A stretch of 59,727 nt of DNA, the filler included, from Basidiobolus ranarum (taxonomy: Eukaryota), in the NCBI GenBank assembly GCA_040143965.1. It is 6 parts of 6 records of this genome, joined end to end, with 100 filler letters (N's around TTAATTAATTAA, not from the genome) between each part and the next. Parts side by side here need not be neighbours in the genome. Positions count along the whole stretch, not along the records: positions 49,880 to 59,727 come from JASJQH010000773.1; 5 more parts are not named here. One strand, given 5' to 3'. Below the pieces are notes generated by a model. It was not told the DNA's origin, made no database searches, and saw nothing but the letters and a program-made list of their open reading frames with translations. Shown here piece after piece: positions 49,880 through 59,727 of this stretch. Numbering within the stretch: position 1 is the stretch's first letter; every line of letters starts with the position of its first letter. The translations under genes and the position numbers were made by a program.

Positions 49880-49960
49880 GGTAAATTAGTTGAAGAAGCT
49901 TGCGCCCCAGGTACTGTGTGCAGAACCTTTGGCGACTCCATCATCTGTGATTGGGCTTAG
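49880..49960 (+). CDS. C-terminal tail of a CBM19-like chitin-binding module protein, partial
   Basis: GKLVEEACAPGTVCRTFGDSIICDWA*; the CxxGTxC...CD pattern is typical of CBM19 tails in early-diverging fungi. Confidence 0.65.
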   Translation, partial: GKLVEEACAPGTVCRTFGDSIICDWA

Positions 49961-50589
49961 AGTCTTCATAGATTAGAATTTTAGATCAATCCGTTAAATT
50001 AAATTTTAGATGACGTTGAAATACGATTTCACTTTGAATTAAATCCTCTATAATCTTGAGAGGTACATGAATAAAGAAACATTAACATTTAATTAAGAAT
50101 TCACTCTTTGAACAAAATTGTATGGTAGTAATTTAGTTACTAATTTGATTCAGTTTCTCATACTTTGATTTTTTGTTTGTGAAAGAAGTTATGTTAGCCC
50201 TTGGTATATTTACGCGAAGTGGACTTTGAACTTGGTTACACGAGGTTATAGATACCGGGATATTGTAAGAAAAGAAACGATTTCCTAAATGAATGAATTG
50301 CAAAATAATAACCCATATGGTAATTTTGATTTTCTTTATTTGTTATCAGTATATTTTTGGAAGATTCCGAAAATCCAAAATCCAAAAAATTGAAATTTTG
50401 CATGCCAAATAATATATTTTGTTAAGTTGTAATACAGTTTGAACCAACGTCCATAACAACTAAAAGATAGCAGAACAGTGCTATTATGGCTTATCTCACC
50501 CGATGAGGTAGTTCTAGCAACCAACTCGATGGTATAGGATATTCAGATATAATTTGTTAACCCAATGATCATTCTCCAGAGCTGTCATA

Positions 50590-51007
50590 AGCGGAAAGGT
50601 TAAACTTGTTCGGTGCATGCAACCAGCTTCACGGTAATCTAAAGGATGAAATGGCTATATTTATGATGGATGGAACAATAAATGCCTCAGATACCCAGCT
50701 CTTATCTGAGATTTCCTTAATTATATGAACTGTGTTAAAAATAGGCCACTATCAGTGGGTACTTTCCCCTAAATTAGATCGAGTGGTGGCTAGACTCGAA
50801 AAAAACTCTTTGATAGTTTCTTTAATTTGCGAAATAGATTTGAAAATACTGATCGTATTAGAAACTCTAGCCTTTGTTGCCCCTGGGCTATTAGATAAAG
50901 ATACTCGGCTAATTCAAGCCACGATATTCGCACGAGCTATCCATCTCGAATATATGGACATTTGCGACGCTAAAACAAATCACCATCAGCAAGTAGAATA
51001 TCGTTGA
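50590..51007 (+). pseudogene. Possible decayed ricin-B-type lectin gene
   Basis: Broken-frame fragments VKLVRC..., NGYIYDGWNNKCL, C...HYQWVL and MDICDAKTNHHQQ loosely resemble the three C..C..QxW subrepeats. Confidence 0.25.
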
Positions 51008-51926
51008 ATACCATGGCAAAATACACACTAAATTTCTCCGGTGTACCATAGATGTGCCTTTAAAAGATTAGTCCAGGTTGTAGGCAGATACAGTAAGCAG
51101 ACTCTCTGGCTTGGGGTCTAGGACTATTGTTAAGCTGTAGCTGAGTTGTGTTGAAATACGAACGTTCGATAAAATTATTAATAAAGAAAGATTCCAGATC
51201 TTCATGAATAAGACCGACTGATTGTCAAGATAGTTTTGGACTGAGAAATGTAAATTTATTACGGTGGTGGGTTTTCACCTTTGATCGGTGATAGTCAACA
51301 TAGTGGTTGGTGAAATGGATATTAACCCTATTAGTCTTTCCTGGCTTTGTTGTCGCTACATTCGTTTCGGTTCCCGAAGATCTTCCTGACGTATATACAA
51401 ACAAGCGTATCACATCATGGAAAGTAAGAATAAAGTGTTGGCCCACTCGAACTCATCTTACCTCAATAACTAATATATAGTAAAGGTGAAATTCTCGACA
51501 CAGTTGGTATGGTATGATACCCTTTCGTGATTAGTCATGAATTTGGGTTTAATTTACTTTAGCTCTGAAAATAAAGCAATTAGGTATATTTCCTAAACTT
51601 GTTTCTGTTCGTAGAGAAACCAAAAGTCAATTTTATTTAAACCAAATTTATGACAAATTAGAGAATATTGGCTTGAATTAAGAAATCTAATTCCTTTTAG
51701 ATAAACTAGCATATGAATTGGTATCGTATGCTGACCCTATTAAAGACTATAGATGGTAGAAGCGTCCATCATATATTTGCCGTTTCTTTTACATGTTGGA
51801 TGATGAATTCTAAACTTGACTTATGTATTGGTTTATGAATTAATTGATTAACCTAGTGGGTTTTCTAAAATCAGTCGCTACAATATTCATGCGTGATCAT
51901 AATTAGTAGACAGGTATATACCTTAG

Positions 51927-52397
51927 GACGGTCATAATTACCGTCGCCATTAATTAGGGGCTCTTTCCCGGAGCCTAAAAAGGCTTTCGAAATTTACTAG
52001 CACGGGGTAGGTGTCACACCTTGTGCGGAAATTCACGTCACATCATGGCAATGTGCTATGCTTGAACTAAACAATCGTGCCCTACTCTTTTGTGCCAGGA
52101 GTTCCTCGAAGTTACAGAGGTATTTTGCCGAGTTCCTTCAAGATGATTCTCTCTTACACTTTGTTATTATCTACCTATTTATCATAGTCAGCTTAGGGCA
52201 CAGTGAGGAGAACTCTCAACCATTCGATTTCTGCTCCTACGGTGGAGAGTGAAGGTTCGTCCTTGCATGTAGTTTGGGCGAGAGGCTTAGGAGAGGTAGC
52301 GAAGCGTAACTTTTCTGGTCACTTGTTCCTCAACGAACGGTATCTCTCCATTCAACGTTGCTACCCAGCCCTTAAATTTTTGGCGAGCAGTTTTTTT
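51927..52397 (+). ncRNA. Unidentified structured ncRNA candidate
   Basis: GC-richer island with no credible ORF, a run of hairpins, two crossing long-range helices, an Sm-like site AAATTTTTGG (52374-52383) and a T7 tract (52391-52397). Confidence 0.45.
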
Positions 52398-52527
52398 AAT
52401 TGCTTTCAAGTTCAAAAAGGTCTATCAATCAAAGAGATTAATCACTAGTGAAAATGCATGTCTTTATTATCAATAAACCTAACCACACTAATAAAATGAT
52501 ATTTGAGGAATGGTGAATTTTAGTCGA

Positions 52528-55500
52528 TTAATTTGACTGACGAATCAATAAATCAAGATTCTTCTGAAAGTTATTCATTTGTTCTTTAAACATCTCCAAT
52601 CGTTTACTAAATCAAAATAATGATGAGTTGATTTTAAATGAACATCAAGCAATATAAGTGGGATGAGGCTTATCCGGCTTCATCCTTACCTGTCGTTAAG
52701 CTTGACCCGTTCAGGTACACGTTCCTCATACTCTGGTTTATGGATTTTACTTTCGAGAGTCTCCATTTCTACTGCGATCTTTTCCATCTTTCGCTTCATT
52801 CGATTGATTTCTCCTTGAACCTTCAGGTTACTCCCCTCGGATTTAAGCGCATTAATAGGTACATATACCTTTAGGTTGGGTGATATAACTGAGATGGCCA
52901 CATCATTAGGTGGTTCTCTTTCTTTCCCATGCACTATCTCCAACGAAGTGGCCTTGACGAAGTTCTTGAGCTCGGGGGAATACTTTTCAAGTGATTCAAT
53001 TAAATCGCTTTGATCGGTCCAAATAAAGAAAGGTAGTTCTTTGGAGATCGAAACATGCTGTGTTTGTCTCAACGAACGTGATGCATGAATTAATGATAAA
53101 ATGGTCTAATTATATTAAAATGATCAGATTAATGGATAGTGTTCTCTTTGATAAAATAAAATCAATAGCTAATTACCTGCATCTCGGATTCAACCTGTTC
53201 ATCATAGAATGTTTGAAACTTCTCAGAGACTGGGAACTCTGATACCATGAGGGAATCCGGCTGGTCACGTGTCTCTGAATTGGTATGAGTTATCAAATTT
53301 TGCCAAAGCTCTTCAGTCACAAATGGCATAAAGGGATGCAATAAGCGTAGAGATGCATCCAAGCATGTGGTCAATATTAAAGTTGCTGAACGTTGTTCCT
53401 AAATTTTGACAGAATTTCAAGTAAGAAACCAGTAGACGCTTGTTTCAATACATTAGAGAATAGCGTACCTCAACCGTAGTGTTTCCGTACAGAGTAGGCT
53501 TACTAAACTCTAGATACACGTCACATAAATCATTGACTATAAACCTTCTGATTGAATCGGCTGCTTGGTGTAACTGATACTCTGACATAGCTGAATGACT
53601 TTTTTGGATGGTGTCTGCTAGTCGAGAAAGAATATACTGGTTGACCAATGGTTGGTTCTTTAAGTTTGTCACGTTAGGAGTCGCCAAACTATCCGAAACT
53701 TGGGGCACATGTTCACGTAACGTTTCGAATCTGCCAAAAGAGAACTTGCATAAATTCCATAATTTGTTTCCAAAATATAAAGCAGAAGTAACATTAGAGA
53801 TATCCATATTTATCTGTCTAGTCTACAGGTAGAACCAAAGCAACAGTTAGAGATCAACAAGTAACTGGTGCAATAGAACACATGCGGCTTACTTGTTGTG
53901 TATAGGATACAAGTGAGTATCTTAATGCATCAGTTCCGCATGCAGGGATTCCGTTAGGGAACTCTTTCTCCATTACTGACTCACTCCTGATATGAAGTTG
54001 TTAGTCGAGATTCTTACTGTTGCTGGCAATATTCAAATTACTTTTTGATCTCCTCAGGTGCAAGGTTCCCATTATGTAAGGCTCGTCTTAACTCACTCAA
54101 AGAGACTCCATTGATTACATGCAATGGATCGATCACGTTTCCTAAAGATTTCGACATTTTTCTTCCCTGAGAATCGCGAATCTAAGAGCAAACATAAGTA
54201 CAAAACACTCTAGGATGGCAGTTGATTTTAAGCTACCATTGCATGCAAATAAATATCCTTGAAAGGAGGAGTGCCAGAGAAATGGGTGGATAGCATGGCC
54301 ATACGAGCTACCCAAAAGAATAGAATATCGAATCCTGTCTCAATAAAAGCGGTCGGGTAATGTTCCTGTTGCATCGATTGCGCGGAAGAGATTAGTGATA
54401 GTTGAATACTTCAAAATAGAAATCAACAATACCGGAGTCTTGGATTTTCCATTCCAACCGAGAGCAGATAGCGGGAGTAACGCAGATGAGAACCAAGTAT
54501 CCAATACATCGTCATCCTATATGCGATGTTATTTACGGACCATATGAAGTTAAGGGGTCAAAGAGTAAATGCTTACTTGCTCCAGTGAATAGCTCACTTG
54601 ACTAGATATTTCATTTTGTGTAAGGAAGGCTTTCACCTGTTGTGTGGCTTCCTCTTTTGACTCAGCTACGAACCACAGCTCTTTTTGTTGATTTTGATAT
54701 TCTACAATATATTTTTAGTACTAGCTTCTTATTTACTAGAAATCTTTCCGTTGAATCACCTGGGATGGCTTTGCGAAGCTCTGGATCGTTGAAAATAAGT
54801 CGATAGGCAGGAATTCTGTGACCCCACCATAATTGCCGTGATACACACCAATCTTGTATATTCTCTAAAATCTATAAATTAATGAGTGTTCACCATGCGA
54901 TTTTGAGTCTAGAAGTTACCTAGCCAGCGATACCAGTCAGGCTTATGGTGATTTGGGGCGATGTTCATAGACCCATCATCCATATTCTTGATTGCAGTTT
55001 TGGCCATTTCTTGACAATTTAAGAACCTTTTTTTGACTGTTAATGCACCAAAGAGTAATACTAATATACTTCAAATGGAACGAACCATTGTGGTTGAACC
55101 ATCGGTTCAATCAAATCCCCTGAGCGTGAACAGCGGGAGATTCTCATTTCGTGATTGACATCTTTTCCACGATATGCTCCTGATTCGATTAACTCCTCTA
55201 CAATTTCGTTGCGTACGACGTATCTATCTTTGTTCTAGCGATGGACGAATGTTAGTGTTTCTGACTGGTAATATCTTCACAGGAAACGTCAAAATACCCG
55301 ATATTTCGCAACTCCACATAGTTCGTTAAATGCCCCATTCTTATCCAGAATACTCGTAAGTGGCAGATTGTGTCTGCGTCCACATGCATAATCGTTGGGA
55401 TCATGCCCGGGAGTGACCTAAAAATGGAGAATCAGCATGAGAATGTCAGATAATTTGCTACGGGCACCCAATCCTTTACCTTGACTACACCTGTTCCGAA

Positions 55501-56978
55501 GTCTGGATCAACAAGCTCAGAGTCACAAACAATAGGGATCTCTTGGTTCAGTATAGGATGTAGGACAGTTTTACCATGCAGAGACTGATGAAATGTAAAT
55601 TATTAGCTAGCTGACTGGCTTGGAAACATCAATATGTTCGTACCTTGTATCGAGGATCATCTGGGTGAATTGCGAGGGCACAATCTCCCAATATGGTTTC
55701 TATACGAGTTGTAGCTACTACTAGCTCCTTGGTATCATCCACAGGATCTATCACTTTGTAAGCAAGTTTGTGCAGTACTCCCACCTCCACCCTAATATAA
55801 ACAAAAATATTGGAATCCATTCATTTGCGTCCATTTATGTCCAACTAAACTACTACTTCTCTTCTCTACCGGGCAGTGCCAAGAAGGTTTGTCCCTGGAC
55901 TGTTTCATAGTCAACCTGGTCGGAATGTGTTAATATACATCACTTAGGGTTAGGGTATGACTTGGTCTTACCTCGATATCAGAAATGGCAGTTTCTAAGT
56001 GACAGCACCAATTAACTATTCTTGTGTCTCGATAAAGCAATCCATCTCTAAACAGTTGTATGAATGCGTTGGTCACTGCTTCGGTACGAGGTGCGTCCAT
56101 GGTAAAAAACTCTTTCTCCCAATCTAAGCTTGAACCCATCTTTCTCATTTGGTCTATAATCTTATTTCCATGTAGTTCCTTCCACTTCCACACTTCTGAA
56201 ATGAACTTTTCCCGGCCTAAATCGTGTCTAGTAAGCTGAAATAATTCCAATTGTTAAACATGAAGCTATTATCAACACTTTTGGATAAAGAGAAGACAGT
56301 TGAATTCTTCTATCGATGCACATACAGTGATATATTCATTAAATTGTACATACGTTGCTTTGCTTCATCAACTGTTTTTCGACCACTGACTGAGTTCCTA
56401 TGCCGGCATGGTCAGTCCCAGGGATCCAAGAGACTGCCTCACCACACATACGACGCCACCTCACTAGAGAGTCCTAAATAGCTTTGGTCAATAAACCATT
56501 CGTCTCATAGATAAAAGAAAATATGACATACCTGTACACTGAATGTTAAAGCGTGCCCGATATGCAGGTTTCCCGTTACATTGGGAGGAGGGGTTAAAAT
56601 GGTCGTAGTTTTCGTATTACCGGTACGAGAATGCATGTACGTAGGGGAAAAATAACCTTCCATACAATTAACTTAACAACGGAAAAGATATCTTAAATAA
56701 CTTGTTTGAGCAAACCTTGACTTTCCCACCATTCATACCAGCCTTTTTCAACTTCCGCCTGTAAGTAATTTAGTTGTGTTAAGAAACGAATGGGGTGGTT
56801 GCAAACTATGTTGGAATCAAAAAAGATGGTTGAATTGCTAACTTACAGGTTGGTAATTCCCATTCAAAGTTCTTTTTGGTTTGTTCACCTTTGAGTAGTT
56901 TCTTAAGGGTGACAAAACTACCTTCTGAGAGAGACCAGCAACAGCCTTCACATGAGGCGCTCGGAAGTTAATTATCAT
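52528..56978 (-). CDS. VARS2: Valyl-tRNA synthetase, mitochondrial type, about 20 introns
   Basis: [15 protein letters not shown] (HIGH motif), [71 protein letters not shown]-terminus [30 protein letters not shown] is presequence-like. ValRS identity is firm; the mitochondrial assignment is inference. Confidence 0.9.
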
Positions 56979-58234
56979 GTTGACTTGACTGCCAGGTCTT
57001 CACAAGCAGAAATTTTGATACAAACCGAAATGAATGTGACTATACAATTTTTACTCGAGGAATTAATTCATGGATCAGAGCGTACGCTAAGTAAACTCAA
57101 ATATTAATGCTATTTATTATACACTACTAATTCAAATGTTTGTTAAATTACTTACAGTTAGTCTAATCTTGTATCTATTGCTATAAAGTTTCTTCTGACT
57201 CCTGCTTGCTATTGACCGTCACGTTCACTTAAACTAACAATTGTATTTTTGGGTACTATATAATGGTAATGCTTCAATGTAAGTAAAGTTCAAATCAAGC
57301 GTATTATCACACTTCCCAACGTTCCTAAATCGTGAAATTTATTATGGGTTTCAGTTCCAATAAATATATATATGATGCTGTAATATTTCCATAAAGTAAT
57401 GCTCGTAACGTTAGCCTTTCCTGCCGAGCCACTGGCTTTATTTTTCGATGGCATTTTCCTACTCACTTGTTGTAGAAAATTGATTTCCAATGGTTTTATC
57501 GCCTTCTAACTATATTGAACACTCCTCAACATTCGGCGAGAAGTTCGCTGCGGAGGTGGCAAACTATTCCATAAAATAAAATCTCCGCTTCTGCTGGTAG
57601 TGTTAGAGGAGTAATATCTTTATCTCCGTAGTCTCGGTATTTAATATTTCAGTGATATCACCTCTGTGTAACTTCCTCCTCGACTACTTGCTTCGATCGT
57701 TCAATTGTGACTTTTTCTTTTGTCGACTAAATGTGATCCTCTTTGGTAGTGTTTTCTAAAGAGCTGTGAAACTCATATTCTTAGTCTGCACTAACGCTAG
57801 CTCATTATTAGAGTAGTATTTTGATTTTAGCAACTACTTATCACTTGTTTCTGATACCTTTATATCAATTTGTCTAACAAATTTATAGTAGTTTGAATAC
57901 TTTATACATCTGAGTAGATGTTAATTCATCTAAAACTTGTTTATTTCGTGGGTATTTTAATCACGCATTTAAGCATCGATCTGATTTTGGAAAAAAAAGA
58001 AAAATAGAGTCAAGATTGAAGGACAATTAATATCCACTAAAAAAAGGTTTTTTTTCTTGTGTTCCGAAAGGTACTGGTATGAACTCGCAGGACATCCAAC
58101 ATTTTTTTTTAAAAAAAAAAATCATTCACTGATACTCAAAATTATTTACAACACTAGTTAATTTCTATATCTCATTATATCTACCGATAATTCCTTTCCC
58201 TTTCTCATAACTTACCTTTGGTCTTATAATAAAC

Positions 58235-59141
58235 ATGCCTAAATCCAAGAGACAGAAGATTGGTAAATTATTGAACTCTTTCCTATTTGCAAGTTGCTCC
58301 GAGTGTACTAAACATCCTGTTTTTCTTCTAGTGTCCTTGACCAAGACCGAAAGTAAAGGACGTGCCGATAAAGAGGCCCTTTTCGAACAGGTAACACATA
58401 TTTTATTTATCTATAGAAGTGGAGAACAGCAACCAGCTCTACTTCATAGTCAAACTTTCAGTCCATTTTTCTAATAACTCACTTAACGAATATAGATTCG
58501 TTCTTGCGCCGATGAATTCAACAATATTTTCGTCTTCTCGGTCGAAAATATGCGTAACTATTACTTAAAAGATATTCGTAACGAGTGGAAGACAAGCAGA
58601 TTCTTCTTTGGTAAAAATAAGGTTATGGCCAAGGCTTTGGGTAACACTGAGGAAGAGGAATATAAGGAGAAATTACACCATATCGCTGATGCTTTGATTG
58701 GTGATGTCGGTCTTTTATTTACCAACAAAACTGTTGAAGAAGTCAAGAAGTAAGAATGATCCAAATGTAATGATTTGAAGGAAACATACTAACCCCTTTG
58801 CTCCCTTTGTTATTAGATTCTTTGAAGAGTATAAACAACAAGATTACCCACGTTCCGGATACGTCGCCACCGAAGAGGTAATCATCCCAAGTGGACCAGT
58901 TAAGCGTGGAGTTGAAGATTCATTCCCTCACAACATGGAGCCACAACTTCGTGGTCTTGGCATGCCAACCATGTTGAAAAATGGTATTGTCACACTCCCA
59001 GTAGACTACACCATCTGCAAAGTAGGGGATACTTTGACACCTCACCAAGCACAGCTCTTAAAGTTGTTCTACATCCAAATGGCCGAGTTCCAAGTTCAAC
59101 TCAAGTGCGCTTGGACCAATGGAGAATATGAGGAGTTTTAA
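58235..59141 (+). CDS. MRT4: Ribosome assembly factor Mrt4 (uL10 paralog), four exons
   Basis: MPKSKRQKIVSLTKT..., NMRNYYLKDIRNEWKTSRFFFGKNKVM, GDVGLLFTN, PHNMEPQLRGLGMPT, GDTLTPHQAQLLKLF. Confidence 0.97.
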
Positions 59142-59629
59142 AGAAAGTTTTAGTAAACATTAGACCAAAGATGAATAATCACCTATATACTGACCACCAC
59201 TTGATTCATTGAATAATCTGCTTCACTTATTTGTATTCGTTTGTAGTAATATTAGATACTCCTTTTGAAATAAACCATACATGTTGCTTTTTTTCACCAT
59301 CCAAGTTGTCGTTTCATTTAGCCCACATTGACTGGTCGTAAAATAATCCATTATAATATGTGAATTCTACACAACGATCATTGTTCTAACTAAACGAATA
59401 GCAAAAAGATATTATTCGCGAAATTCATTTTTTTCTCAAATATGATTCAAACAATTATTTCTACTGGAAATATATATCTATTTAGGGATCAAGTAATAGC
59501 AATAGTGATGGTGATAGTGATGTTAACAGGTATTACCATGTTCATCTATGTGTTGGGGGAATTTATGGGATAATGGTGCATTTATAGATCCTGTGTTTCT
59601 TTTTCTTTCCTATTCTCCATCAAAAAAAG

Positions 59630-59637
59630 TATAAATA
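59630..59637 (+). promoter_or_regulatory. TATA box upstream of putative U3 gene
   Basis: TATAAATA 35 bp before the predicted U3 start. Confidence 0.5.
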
Positions 59638-59664
59638 GGAAGTGCTTGACAACTATTGATCTTT

Positions 59665-59727
59665 ACGACTGTACTTTACAGGATTATGTATATAGTACAT
59701 TCCCAGTCTTTGTTTCCCAACAAAGAC
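59665..59727 (+). ncRNA. U3: U3 snoRNA, 5' end, truncated by window end
   Basis: ACGACTGTACTTTACAGGATTATGTATATAG contains the GAC box, box A' (TACTT) and a variant box A, and can pair with the conserved 18S 5' sequence UGAUCCUGCCAGUAGUC; TATA at -35; boxes C', B, C and D are not visible. Confidence 0.65.

Noticed and set aside
51310-51430. TAACCCTA at 51323 as a telomerase template for the downstream RNA candidate
   Set aside because: It lies within what reads as a decayed signal-peptide exon (VKWILTLLVFPGFVVA) and is ~750 nt from the pseudoknot across AT-rich DNA.
51959-52040. Assignment of the RNA island to RNase P/MRP, U1, U2, U4, U5, U6, SRP or a histone stem-loop
   Set aside because: GGAAATTC lacks a matching P4/CR-V partner, the hallmark motifs of those RNAs are absent, and the GGCTCT hairpin has the wrong loop and no histone gene upstream.
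9983-59727. Ribosome-biogenesis gene cluster (RPL2, ARB1, RRP6, MRT4, U3)
   Set aside because: The genes lie on three unlinked contigs; only RPL2-ARB1 and MRT4-U3 are true neighbours.

Overview
Eukaryotic DNA from an early-diverging fungus. Short GT-AG introns, a velvet gene, an STK11IP-like gene, a dedicated mitochondrial ValRS and a cAMP-receptor-like GPCR suggest a Zoopagomycota/Basidiobolus-like organism (inference only). The window is not one locus: it is six unrelated ~9.85-9.88 kb contigs in descending size order, joined by artificial N44-TTAATTAATTAA-N44 linkers. Recognisable genes are ADA2 (3' end), KHA1, RPL2 (3' end), ARB1/ABCF2, an STK11IP/nischarin-like LRR protein, a five-finger RanBP2 zinc-finger protein with a mitochondrial presequence, a velvet-domain factor, a PIN4-like protein, a WD40 protein, RRP6, IFA38, PNS1, a 7TM GPCR, a CBM19 tail, mitochondrial ValRS, MRT4 and the 5' end of a U3 snoRNA. 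Mobile DNA comprises a ~305-330 bp TG...CA solo-LTR family and a decayed Tc1 transposase. The best novelty candidates are (1) the mitochondrion-targeted RanBP2-finger-only putative RNA-binding protein, (2) an unidentified ~470 nt structured RNA candidate with a pseudoknot, intron-like insert, Sm-like site and T7 tract, and (3) a rearranged LTR carrying an inverted 5-bp target duplication and a 148-bp hairpin. All structures were read by eye; no searches were run.
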